DNA of 64,000 nucleotides, from NCBI GenBank assembly GCA_965216565.1, contig OZ244170.1, forward strand, positions 3,552,001-3,616,000, in the 5' to 3' direction. Positions 10,963 to 20,225 of the stretch are shown piece by piece. Origin of the DNA: Bythopirellula sp. Its GTDB lineage: Bacteria; Planctomycetota; Planctomycetia; Pirellulales; Lacipirellulaceae. The number at the start of each line of letters is the position of its first letter. The first letter of the stretch is position 1. Both the position numbers and the translations under genes were made by a program. The notes beneath the pieces were generated by a model. It was not told the origin of the DNA and did not search any database. It was given only the letters and a program-made list of their open reading frames with translations.

Positions 10963-12000
10963 ATGAGTCAAATCGATCAGGCGTTCATTCAGGCGTACAG
11001 CTCGGAAGCACCGCCGGCCACCCCGGCAAGCCATCCCCATAGCATTAGACAACCGGCACCCAGGCTGTTCCAGGATCAGCCGCCTCCTGCTAACAGCTAT
11101 GAGATGGATGTCCACGCCGGTGTTCGATCTCCACATGTCGATTTTTCCAGCGGCAGCGAAACTGCAGCCCACGATCCTCGGGCAGAGATCGCAGCGCTGC
11201 AGCAGTCGAGCGTGGCACAGGCCATGCCCAGTGGTGTGCAGTCGGCTGAAGCTCCCTCGACGCCAAGACAACCTCTGTCCAGCTTTGCGGCAGCTCAGAA
11301 AGAGAGTACGAACTCGTTTCGTCCTGTGTTTGAGGTCGACGCCTTTCGCTGGCCGGCGGTGACGACCAATTTGCTACAGCAACATGCGTCGATGTTAGCA
11401 CCAATTGCTGAAGAGCTGATCTCGTCTAGTGAGGCGGGGCGTTCGATGGTGGCCATCGCCGGTGCCCGTCATTGCGTAGGTGCGACAACGATTCAGCTAA
11501 GCTTGGCACGAATGCTAGCCGCGGCCGAAAAAGAAGTCGCAATCGTTGACGGCGATTTCGCCACTCGTGCGATGGCGAAAGCACTTGGACTTGAGTTTGA
11601 CACAGGTTGGGAGGACGTCTTAACCGGTCAGGTACCACTGGCCGAAGGGGTCGTTCATTCGATTCAAGACAATATCTCTCTGCTACCTTTAGCGGGTCGA
11701 GACTCGAACCCTGTTGAACTGTTGGCAGGCATCCAGGCTTCGATCAGTGCTGGGGTGCTTCGGTACCATTACGACGTGGTGCTTATCGATTTTGGCGATG
11801 CCGGTCGCCAACCTCAATGGCCAGTTGCCCAGAAATTGTTCGAGCAGTGCCGCATCGATTCGAGCATTATCGTGGCAGACGCCGCCCACTCCAATCAAAC
11901 GATGTATGAGAACATCGACCCGTTGATGAATTTATTTGGGAATACTTGTCTGGGTGTGATTGGCAACTCTACGGTCTCCCCCTCGATCCCCACTCGCTAA
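10963..12000 (+). CDS. CpsD/CapB/MinD-like P-loop protein with degenerate Walker A
   Basis: MVAIAGARHCVGATT, VAIVDGD, YDVVLIDFG; start MSQIDQAF. Confidence 0.7.
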   Translation: MSQIDQAFIQAYSSEAPPATPASHPHSIRQPAPRLFQDQPPPANSYEMDVHAGVRSPHVDFSSGSETAAHDPRAEIAALQQSSVAQAMPSGVQSAEAPSTPRQPLSSFAAAQKESTNSFRPVFEVDAFRWPAVTTNLLQQHASMLAPIAEELISSSEAGRSMVAIAGARHCVGATTIQLSLARMLAAAEKEVAIVDGDFATRAMAKALGLEFDTGWEDVLTGQVPLAEGVVHSIQDNISLLPLAGRDSNPVELLAGIQASISAGVLRYHYDVVLIDFGDAGRQPQWPVAQKLFEQCRIDSSIIVADAAHSNQTMYENIDPLMNLFGNTCLGVIGNSTVSPSIPTR

Positions 12001-12012
12001 ATCGAACGACGC

Positions 12013-12837
12013 ATGTACACAGAATATTGGCAACTCGAGGCGAAGCCTTTTGAGTCCAACTGCGACGAGCGGTTCCACTTCCCTTGCGCCAGTCAGCAAG
12101 CAGCCCTCAACAAACTACAATATGCTGTCGACAGTGGTCGCGCTGCCGCCATGATTGCCGGTGCTTCCGGCTGCGGCAAGAGCCTGGTGATCAGGCTGCT
12201 CGAGTCGAAACTTCAAGCATCGGTCGGCAATTTCATTCAGTTGGTATTTCCTCTGATGTCGACTCGCGATTTATTAACGTATCTAGCTGAAGAAATTGGT
12301 GCACCGGCTGCCGATCCTCCGCTTAGGACTGTGGAGGAAAGCCTGCGTCGGCTCGAGTTTGCCCTGGAAGAGCGCGATCGAAGGGGGAAACATACCGTGC
12401 TGGTGATCGAGGAAGCCCATTTGCTGGAAGACTCGGGACTCCTGGAAACGCTACGGTTGCTAATCAATCTGCAAGCTGCCGGACGAACCAAACTTACGCT
12501 TCTGCTCGTCGGTCAACCGCCGCTTTTATCAGGACTGCGGAGACACGCGACCCTGGATGAGCGGCTCGACATGAAAGTGCTCCTCAAGCCATTCACGGAG
12601 CAGGAAACAGCCGACTACATAATCCACCGGCTCAATGCCGCCGGTGCCTCGCGACCCATCTTCTCGGCCGCAGCGATGGATGCTGTCCACCGGCTTTCAA
12701 GCGGTATCCCTCGGCAGATTAATCGCCTTTGCGATTTGGCCTTGGTCGTTGGTTTTGCTGCTTCGCAGGAGAGCATCGATCCCGCACATCTGGAGTCGGT
12801 CCACAAAGAGTTGGTCAGCTTTCCCGCTGCCGCCTAG
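12013..12837 (+). CDS. ExeA/GspA-family AAA ATPase
   Basis: MYTEYWQLEAKPF N-terminus, GASGCGKS, LVIEEAH, LLLVGQP, SGIPRQINRLCD. Confidence 0.9.
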   Translation: MYTEYWQLEAKPFESNCDERFHFPCASQQAALNKLQYAVDSGRAAAMIAGASGCGKSLVIRLLESKLQASVGNFIQLVFPLMSTRDLLTYLAEEIGAPAADPPLRTVEESLRRLEFALEERDRRGKHTVLVIEEAHLLEDSGLLETLRLLINLQAAGRTKLTLLLVGQPPLLSGLRRHATLDERLDMKVLLKPFTEQETADYIIHRLNAAGASRPIFSAAAMDAVHRLSSGIPRQINRLCDLALVVGFAASQESIDPAHLESVHKELVSFPAAA

Positions 12838-12917
12838 TGGTAGCGGGAGCAATGTTCTTTGGTCGCGGACTATTTCGCCAATTGTTCCCAGGTCTGTTTG
12901 CATAGTAGACTGCTGGG

Positions 12918-13688
12918 ATGGATGGCAATCTATTAGTGACCCTAGCAGGTCGTCTGGCAGCACAAGAAATATCGGCCGACGAGTTTCTGCGCCTGGCAGC
13001 AGCAGAGACTCAATCTCTCAACAATCAGGCCTCTGACTTTGCCACGGTTGATCTACAACGGTCTCAACGCTGTGGATTTCCCGAAGTCATTTTTGGGGAA
13101 GGCAAGACGCCGAAGATGATTGCGTCGATCGCCCAAGAGCTGTTGGCCGAGCAGCAACCTGTGCTAGTCACTCGCGTAGAGGAAAGCAAGTCGACACCCT
13201 TGCTGGAACAGCTATCCACAGCGCGTTACAACCGTGTCGGCAGAACGCTGAGAGTCGACCCCGAGGATTGGCAAAAACTCGCGGTCGGACAAGTGGCTGT
13301 GATCACGGCCGGCACTAGTGATTTGCCAGTGGCTGAGGAAGCGCGGGAGACGCTTGACTGGATGGGCATCGCAGCCACCATGGTGCACGACGTGGGAGTT
13401 GCGGGGCCACATCGGTTGCCGGAACGGTTGGCCGAATTTTCCGAAGCCGATGCCATCGTTGTTGTCGCGGGCATGGAAGGAGCGCTGCCCAGTGTTGTTG
13501 GCGGCTACGTGCCCTGCCCTATCTTTGCTGTGCCTACGAGCGTGGGATATGGAGCCAACCTGGGCGGCTTGGCGGCATTGCTGTCCATGCTGAATAGCTG
13601 TGCAAGTAATGTGGCCGTCGTTAATATCGATGCGGGCTTCAAGGCAGGCTACCTTGCGGGGCTCGTTGCCAAGCGACGACATCCGTAA
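12918..13688 (+). CDS. larB: LarB, nickel-pincer cofactor biosynthesis (AIR carboxylase-like)
   Basis: R..RCGFPEVIFGEGKT, AGTSDLPVAEEA, DVGVAG, AGMEGALPSVV, PTSVGYG, VVNIDAGF. Confidence 0.9.
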   Translation: MDGNLLVTLAGRLAAQEISADEFLRLAAAETQSLNNQASDFATVDLQRSQRCGFPEVIFGEGKTPKMIASIAQELLAEQQPVLVTRVEESKSTPLLEQLSTARYNRVGRTLRVDPEDWQKLAVGQVAVITAGTSDLPVAEEARETLDWMGIAATMVHDVGVAGPHRLPERLAEFSEADAIVVVAGMEGALPSVVGGYVPCPIFAVPTSVGYGANLGGLAALLSMLNSCASNVAVVNIDAGFKAGYLAGLVAKRRHP

Positions 13689-13703
13689 TTTTCAGGCTTT
13701 GCT

Positions 13704-14582
13704 ATGTCACTAATCAATATCTCTACTGAACCACTACCGTCACTACCGACGCGTGCTGCAGACAGTCACAAGGGCGACTACGGTCGCGTGCTGGTCCTAG
13801 GTGGCTCGCGAGGAATGTCGGGTGCCCCGGCACTCGCGGGAATGGCGGCTTTGCGTAGCGGAGCAGGCCTGGTGACGCTTGCCGTTCCGGCACACATTCA
13901 GTCTACCGTTGCTTCCTTCGAGCCTGCCTATATGACGCTCAGTTGTGGGTCCGAGGAAAGTGCATCGATTACTAGCGGCGAGCGCGAAAGGCTTCTGCGT
14001 GTAGCTGGCAATATGTCGGCAGTCGCATTGGGACCAGGGATGGGAACAGATCCGAGCACTGTCACGCTCGTGCATCGGCTGTTTCAGGAACTCACGGTGC
14101 CAACGATCGTCGATGCGGATGGACTGAATGCATTGTCCAAAGACATCACTCTACTCAGCAATTCACCAGCACCACGAATTCTCACGCCTCATCCAGGCGA
14201 ATTCGCAAGGCTAGCCGGTACACAATGCTCCAATGATGAAGAGGAACGAATCACCCAAGCTGCCGAACTTTGTTGTCGTGATGAATCGGGGAATACAATC
14301 GTTGTCTTGAAAGGGCATCGGACGATCGTGACCGATGGAAATCAGTATTCGCTCAATACAACTGGCAATCCAGGCATGGCGACAGGCGGCACTGGCGATT
14401 GCTTGACGGGCATCATCGTCGCGCTATCGGGCCAAGGACTAGATCCCTTTGAAGCAGCACGATTCGGAGCCCATGTCCATGGCCTGGCCGGCGATTTGGC
14501 AGCAGCTCAAATGGGACAGATATCGATGACGGCTCGTGACCTGATAGAATTCCTACCTCAAGCATTCCTGCAATGCCAATAG
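13704..14582 (+). CDS. nnrD: ADP-dependent NAD(P)H-hydrate dehydratase (stand-alone)
   Basis: SHKGDYG, GPGMG, VDADGLN, LTPHPGEF, NPGMATGGTGDCLTG. Confidence 0.92.
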   Translation: MSLINISTEPLPSLPTRAADSHKGDYGRVLVLGGSRGMSGAPALAGMAALRSGAGLVTLAVPAHIQSTVASFEPAYMTLSCGSEESASITSGERERLLRVAGNMSAVALGPGMGTDPSTVTLVHRLFQELTVPTIVDADGLNALSKDITLLSNSPAPRILTPHPGEFARLAGTQCSNDEEERITQAAELCCRDESGNTIVVLKGHRTIVTDGNQYSLNTTGNPGMATGGTGDCLTGIIVALSGQGLDPFEAARFGAHVHGLAGDLAAAQMGQISMTARDLIEFLPQAFLQCQ

Positions 14583-14594
14583 CGATCAGCGAGA

Positions 14595-16178
14595 TCAGTC
14601 CTTTTCCATCGAGACCGATTGGCCATTCCACTGAATGCTAAGTTCCGCGTCGAACACCTGCTCGAACAGCCCGGCACGACGCCTGGCTGCCCAAAGATCG
14701 ACCTCGGGGAACTCGTCTGAAATCACAAGTAGCTCAACTTGATTCTTCGTACACTTCACCATCACAGCATCAATGGTCTGGTTGTGGCTACGGTCGAGTC
14801 CCCCGGCGAGTCGCAAAATGGAGGCTAGGGTAAGCACCCGTTGCTGGTCATTGGACGAGAGGCGGGAAAAATTGTCGTGCTTTTTCTTCGGCAGTGCCCC
14901 ACGGTGATAGCGGGCCACGTTGGCGATAATCTCCAACTCCTCCGGTCGAAAGCCTTCCAAATTGCTATGCAGAATCAAATGGTAAGAATGTTTGTGGTGG
15001 CCATCGTAGTTGATCAGATAGCCCACATCCTGCATGCGGGCGGCGGCATCGAGTAAGCGGCCGTTTTCCGGCTTAAGCTCGTAATGCTCGCTGAGACCCT
15101 CAAATATCTGCCCCGCCAGTTTGGCAACCTGCTGCGAGTGTTCTAGCTCAACTCCACAAGCAACGGCAAAGCGCTCCATTTGAGATATTTCATCCGGTGG
15201 ACTCTGGTTGGCGGCGCCTTGCATTTGCTCGATCATCGTGAGCAGCAAGCCATCTCGAACCCCGTAAGCATGCACTTGCAAAAGGTTCACCCGAAACCGA
15301 GACATGATGCAGTCGATCACCGTTAACCCGGGGACAATGATATCGGCGCGGTCTGGATTTAGTCCCGCAACTTCCCGGCGTTGTTTCACAGAGAGCTTTC
15401 GAAGTCGATCAATCAAGTGGCGAAGTTCTGCCCGAGATACCTGGCAACCCGCAACGGGGAGACGCGACTTGCCTTTCGAAGCCATCACCACGCCAGCAAG
15501 GTTGGTGAACGTGCCGCCCGAGCCGATGAGGAGATGGATTGGTGCTCCCGGCTTGTCGGTAACAGCCTTGAGCTCTTTTATAATCCATTTTTCCATGCGG
15601 TGGAAATCATCGCCGGCCAGCGATTGACCACCGCCGAATTTCTCGCTCAGCCGAACAGCACCGAGACGCGTGGCGAACATCGATTCAATATGTTCGCCAC
15701 TGGCAAGCACAATCTCAGTACTCCCGCCACCAATATCTGCCAGCAATGTATTCTTACCGATAAGATCGAATCGACGCCGAACGCTATGAAATGCCAGGTG
15801 CGCTTCCTTCTCGGCACTGATGACTTCGACGGACTGTCCAATCACATCTTGCGCTAAAGCGCAGAACTCGGCGCCGTTGGTCGCTTCTCGCACAGCACAG
15901 GTGGCAATGGCGCGTAAGCTCTCGACGCCCATGCCATCGGCGATGGCTTTGAAACGCCTCAAGGCGGTGAGTGAGTCGTCAATCGACTGCTGATCCAGTT
16001 TACCCGTGTTGGCCAGCGCCCTTCCAAGCCGAGTCGATTCCCGTTCTTCGTCAAGAATTCGATAGCGACCGCCAGCTTGAGCCTCAGCAATGACAACCCG
16101 GATACTATTACTGCCAATGTCGATGGCACCGAGCCGAGGAACGAGATCGGGGGCAAGATAAGCTTGTTGTTCCGGCAT
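14595..16178 (-). CDS. ppx: Ppx/GppA exopolyphosphatase with C-terminal HD domain
   Basis: IDIGSNSIR, ATCAVREA, DIGGGSTE, GVRDG, HHKHSY. Confidence 0.92.
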   Translation of the reverse strand: MPEQQAYLAPDLVPRLGAIDIGSNSIRVVIAEAQAGGRYRILDEERESTRLGRALANTGKLDQQSIDDSLTALRRFKAIADGMGVESLRAIATCAVREATNGAEFCALAQDVIGQSVEVISAEKEAHLAFHSVRRRFDLIGKNTLLADIGGGSTEIVLASGEHIESMFATRLGAVRLSEKFGGGQSLAGDDFHRMEKWIIKELKAVTDKPGAPIHLLIGSGGTFTNLAGVVMASKGKSRLPVAGCQVSRAELRHLIDRLRKLSVKQRREVAGLNPDRADIIVPGLTVIDCIMSRFRVNLLQVHAYGVRDGLLLTMIEQMQGAANQSPPDEISQMERFAVACGVELEHSQQVAKLAGQIFEGLSEHYELKPENGRLLDAAARMQDVGYLINYDGHHKHSYHLILHSNLEGFRPEELEIIANVARYHRGALPKKKHDNFSRLSSNDQQRVLTLASILRLAGGLDRSHNQTIDAVMVKCTKNQVELLVISDEFPEVDLWAARRRAGLFEQVFDAELSIQWNGQSVSMEKD

Positions 16179-16348
16179 CCGGGAACCAAAGGGGTAGTGG
16201 TGGTCGTCATCCTAAACGGCTTCTGCGGAGAGCGAAAAGTCAGTCCATTAACTAAGAGTCGTTGACCACTTCGCCTATTGGCAGAATAATCGTGAAACAA
16301 CCACAGGACAAGCGACCCGCTCGATTTAACAACTTTGCGACCCATTCA

Positions 16349-17275
16349 GTGCCCATAATTCGCGATTTAAATGCCCTCTCCGAAACCGCTCGTGGGGGTG
16401 CTGTAGGGATTGGTAATTTCGACGGAGTTCATCGCGGTCACTTGCGCATCGTCGAGCGTTTGCTTCAGAGAGCTAAAGACGTCGGCGGACCTGCGGTCGT
16501 GTTTACCTTTGATCCGCACCCGGTGCGTATTTTGCGACCAGAGCAATGCCCACCCCCACTCACCTGGACCCTCCGCAAGGCCCAACTGCTGGCTGAACAC
16601 GGCGTTGACCAGATCGTTGCCTACCCGACAGACGAAGCACTACTGCAACTCACTGCTAAGCAGTTCTTCGACAAGATCATTCGCGACTCGCTTCAAGCCC
16701 AAGCAATGGTCGAAGGGCCTAACTTTTATTTTGGACACAATCGGGAAGGCAATATTCAGAAGTTGGAAGAGCTAACCTCCGAGGCAGGAATTTCACTAGA
16801 CATCGTCCAACCCTATGCACTCGATGGCACGATGGTTTCCAGCTCGCTGATTCGCCAGCTTGTGGCCCAGGGGGAAGTAGCGCAAGCTGCCAAGATGCTC
16901 TCTGCTCCCTACCGCATCCGAGGAATGGTGACTCATGGAGCGGCACGTGGTGCTAAAATGGGCTTCCCCACTGCAAACCTGGAAGCCGTTGATACTTTAC
17001 TGCCCGGTACTGGTGTCTACGCTGGACGTGCCATCCTTGAAGGGATCGAGTACCCCGCGGCCATCAATCTTGGACCGAACCCCACTTTCGGTGAAGGACT
17101 ACTCAAGGTGGAAGTTCATTTGATTGATTTTGCCGACGCCATTTATGGGCAGACGTTGGAAGTTGAATTTTTGTCGAGACTAAGAGACATTACAAACTTT
17201 GATTCACAAGATGCGTTAGTTGCCCAACTTCAGCAAGACGTCCAGAAATGTCGAGACATTGCTGAGGATAATTAA
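16349..17275 (+). CDS. ribF: Bifunctional riboflavin kinase/FAD synthetase (start approximate)
   Basis: [43 protein letters not shown]. Confidence 0.95.
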   Translation: MPIIRDLNALSETARGGAVGIGNFDGVHRGHLRIVERLLQRAKDVGGPAVVFTFDPHPVRILRPEQCPPPLTWTLRKAQLLAEHGVDQIVAYPTDEALLQLTAKQFFDKIIRDSLQAQAMVEGPNFYFGHNREGNIQKLEELTSEAGISLDIVQPYALDGTMVSSSLIRQLVAQGEVAQAAKMLSAPYRIRGMVTHGAARGAKMGFPTANLEAVDTLLPGTGVYAGRAILEGIEYPAAINLGPNPTFGEGLLKVEVHLIDFADAIYGQTLEVEFLSRLRDITNFDSQDALVAQLQQDVQKCRDIAEDN

Positions 17276-17343
17276 CTGATGGCAATCAAAAGCCTCATGC
17301 TTGCCAGCCACGAGCGAATCGGGTACAAGCGAGACAGAATTTT

Positions 17344-18138
17344 ATGAAGCAGTACCTACAACTTCTCGATCATGTTCTTAAAAGCGGCGTAGCAAAATCG
17401 GACCGCACAGGTACCGGTACGCGCAGTGTATTTGGCTACCAAATGCGATTTGACCTCGGCCAAGGCTTTCCTTTGCTGACCACCAAAAAACTCCACTTGC
17501 GATCGATCATTCACGAATTGTTGTGGTTCTTGCGTGGTGAGACGAATGTTCAATATCTGAAAGAGCAGAAGGTTTCGATCTGGGACGAATGGGCAGACGA
17601 GCAAGGCGAATTGGGGCCCGTCTACGGTAAGCAATGGCGAAGTTGGAGTACGCCAGATGGCCGGTCGATTGATCAGATTTCTGAGGTGGTCGAAATGATT
17701 CGCACGAATCCCGATTCTCGGCGACTCATCGTCAGCGCGTGGAACGTTGGAGACGTACCGCAGATGGCGTTGCCGCCCTGCCACCTGCTTTTTCAGTTCT
17801 ATGTTGCGGAGGGCCGTCTTTCTTGCCAGCTTTATCAGCGCAGTGCCGACATCTTTCTAGGGGTTCCCTTCAACATCGCTTCTTACGCTCTGCTGACCAT
17901 GATGATGGCACAGGTAACTGGCCTCGAGCCAGGTGACTTTGTGCATACCCTCGGCGATGCCCATTTGTACGACAATCATTTGGAGCAAGCGCAGCTACAA
18001 CTTTCGCGAGAACCAGGGGCCTTGCCTACGATGCATCTCAATCAAGAAGTGGGCTCTCTATTCGATTTCACATTCGAAGACTTTCAGCTAAAAGATTACA
18101 ATCCCCAGCCCCATATCTCGGCACCAGTCGCTGTATAA
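17344..18138 (+). CDS. thyA: Thymidylate synthase
   Basis: [34 protein letters not shown]. Confidence 0.98.
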   Translation: MKQYLQLLDHVLKSGVAKSDRTGTGTRSVFGYQMRFDLGQGFPLLTTKKLHLRSIIHELLWFLRGETNVQYLKEQKVSIWDEWADEQGELGPVYGKQWRSWSTPDGRSIDQISEVVEMIRTNPDSRRLIVSAWNVGDVPQMALPPCHLLFQFYVAEGRLSCQLYQRSADIFLGVPFNIASYALLTMMMAQVTGLEPGDFVHTLGDAHLYDNHLEQAQLQLSREPGALPTMHLNQEVGSLFDFTFEDFQLKDYNPQPHISAPVAV

Positions 18139-18171
18139 TCAAAGCGATTGACCAAGAATACGCGAATCTCT

Positions 18172-18678
18172 ATGCAACTCAGCCTGATTGTCGCACTTGC
18201 AGAGAACGGAATCATTGGTCGCGACGGCGACCTACCCTGGCACCTATCGGCCGACTTGCAGAGGTTCAAGCGATTGACGATGGGGGGCGCAATATTGATG
18301 GGGCGTAAAACCTGGGAATCCATCGGCAGACCATTGCCGGGGCGCAGGTCGATCGTGATCTCACGCCAATCGGACTACCATACTGGGTTCGACGAAGTGA
18401 TCGTAACCGCGAATCTCGACGATGCACTCTCCCATGCGCGTAGTCACGAGTCTGCCGAGGAGGAAGCGTTCGTCATTGGAGGCGCACGGATCTACGAAAT
18501 GTGTCTCCCTCGGACGGATTGGCTCTATGTGACGCGCGTCCACGCCGAAGTGACTGGCGATGTGACGTTTCCCGAGGTCCAGTGGGCCGACTGGCAAATT
18601 GTGAGCGAAGATTCGCATGCCGCAGACGAGAAAAACGATTTCTCACACACTTACCAAGTATGGCAAAGAAAAAACTAA
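18172..18678 (+). CDS. folA: Dihydrofolate reductase
   Basis: IG..GDLPWHLSADL, MGRKTWESIGRPLPGR, VIGGA; directly after thyA. Confidence 0.96.
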   Translation: MQLSLIVALAENGIIGRDGDLPWHLSADLQRFKRLTMGGAILMGRKTWESIGRPLPGRRSIVISRQSDYHTGFDEVIVTANLDDALSHARSHESAEEEAFVIGGARIYEMCLPRTDWLYVTRVHAEVTGDVTFPEVQWADWQIVSEDSHAADEKNDFSHTYQVWQRKN

Positions 18679-19253
18679 CTCGCTGCCAGTGGACCGAAGC
18701 TCAGGTCGACCCCGCCTACTTGAAATATCATGACGAAGAATGGGGAGTACCGGTCCACGACGACCGTAAGCAATTCGAGTTTCTCACACTCGAAAGTGCC
18801 CAGGCTGGCCTCAGTTGGTGGACGGTACTCAATAAACGGCAAGGTTACCGCAAGGCATTCGCCGAGTTCGATCCCGTGCGAGTTGCACGGTTCACCGACA
18901 AGCGGATCGAACGGCTTCTCAAGGATCCTTCAATCATTCGCAATCGGCTGAAAGTTGCCGCAGCGGTGAATAATGCGAAACGCTTTCTAGAAGTTCAGGA
19001 AGAATTCGGATCCTTCGACGATTACATCTGGCAGTTTGTGGACGGACGTCCAATACAAAACAATTGGCGACGCTTAGAAGAGGTCCCAGCAACTACGAAA
19101 GAATCCGATTCACTAAGCAAAGACCTCAAGCAGCGCGGCTTCAAGTTTGTAGGCAGCACCATCGTTTATGCACACATGCAGGCGGTGGGAATGGTCAACG
19201 ACCACCAAACCAACTGCTTTCGCCACCGTGAATGTGCCAAGCTAAGCCAGTGA
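18660..19253 (+). CDS. tag: DNA-3-methyladenine glycosylase I
   Basis: RCQW, YHDEEWG, LESAQAGLSW, IIRNRLK, GFKFVG, GMVNDH; ATG 18660 overlaps the folA end. Confidence 0.95.
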   Translation: MAKKKLTRCQWTEAQVDPAYLKYHDEEWGVPVHDDRKQFEFLTLESAQAGLSWWTVLNKRQGYRKAFAEFDPVRVARFTDKRIERLLKDPSIIRNRLKVAAAVNNAKRFLEVQEEFGSFDDYIWQFVDGRPIQNNWRRLEEVPATTKESDSLSKDLKQRGFKFVGSTIVYAHMQAVGMVNDHQTNCFRHRECAKLSQ

Positions 19254-19256
19254 AGC

Positions 19257-20198
19257 CTAACCATCGCCGAAGGGAATGATTTCATCCAGAGTCTTTTCTC
19301 CGCAGCCCAGCATCGCTAGGCGGTCGAATCCAAGAGCACAGCCCGAACAGGCTGGCAATCCCGTCTCCATGGCCGCCAGTAGCGACTCGGGCAGCGGCAG
19401 GCAGTCCCTGCCGTCAGCCTGACGGGCCTCATTTACGGTGTGAAGCCGAGAGCGGAGTTCCTGGGCATCGGTCAACTCGTGGTAGCCATTGGCTAGTTCG
19501 ACTCCTTGCCAGTACATCTCGAACCGCTCCGCCACCTGATCGCCATCCGGCTCCTCAACAATCTTCGCAAGGGCAGCCTGACTGGCGGGATAGTGGTAGA
19601 GTATCTCGGGTTCTGATTTGCCTAGTTGGGGCTCCACTTTGGTAGCCAACAGAAAATTGAGCCATTCGTCGCGATCGCTCGTACACATGCCTGCAGGCGT
19701 TTCGATATCAAGTGCCCCAAACTCTTTGGCTGTTGACTGATGGGGGTTCACACCGACGAACTTCTGAAATGCCTCCCCATAGCTGGTGCGTTTGGCGGGC
19801 GGTGTCTGCACCAAGGCTTGCAGCAGTTCATCTAAAAGATTCATGCCGCCCTGCATATCGTCCCCCACTCGATACCATTCAACGATCGTAAACTCAGGGC
19901 GATGCAGTGCCCCACGTTCCTCGCCGCGGAATGATCTGGTGACTTGAAACAGGGCCTCCATCCCTGCCGCCACTAGCCGTTTCATATGAAGTTCCGGCGA
20001 GGCCTGGAGCCACTCCGGCATTGAATCGCTCGCGCTCTGAGCACACAAGACGCTTCGCGGTTCGATATGGAGTTCTGGTATCACTTCGTGAGACACCAGC
20101 GGAGTTTCGACCTCAACAAAATCCCTATTAAGAAAGAACTGACGCAGCTTCGCCAAGAGAATGCTTTTTTGCCGCAACAGTTCAAGGTTGATAGCCAT
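19257..20198 (-). CDS. epmA: EF-P lysine aminoacylase (PoxA/GenX)
   Basis: LQASPELHMKRL, HRPEFT..EWY, ERFE, ELANGYHEL, GCALGFDRL; no anticodon-binding domain. Confidence 0.93.
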   Translation of the reverse strand: MAINLELLRQKSILLAKLRQFFLNRDFVEVETPLVSHEVIPELHIEPRSVLCAQSASDSMPEWLQASPELHMKRLVAAGMEALFQVTRSFRGEERGALHRPEFTIVEWYRVGDDMQGGMNLLDELLQALVQTPPAKRTSYGEAFQKFVGVNPHQSTAKEFGALDIETPAGMCTSDRDEWLNFLLATKVEPQLGKSEPEILYHYPASQAALAKIVEEPDGDQVAERFEMYWQGVELANGYHELTDAQELRSRLHTVNEARQADGRDCLPLPESLLAAMETGLPACSGCALGFDRLAMLGCGEKTLDEIIPFGDG

Positions 20199-20225
20199 AA
20201 CACTTGCTGAAATGAACGCTGCTTC

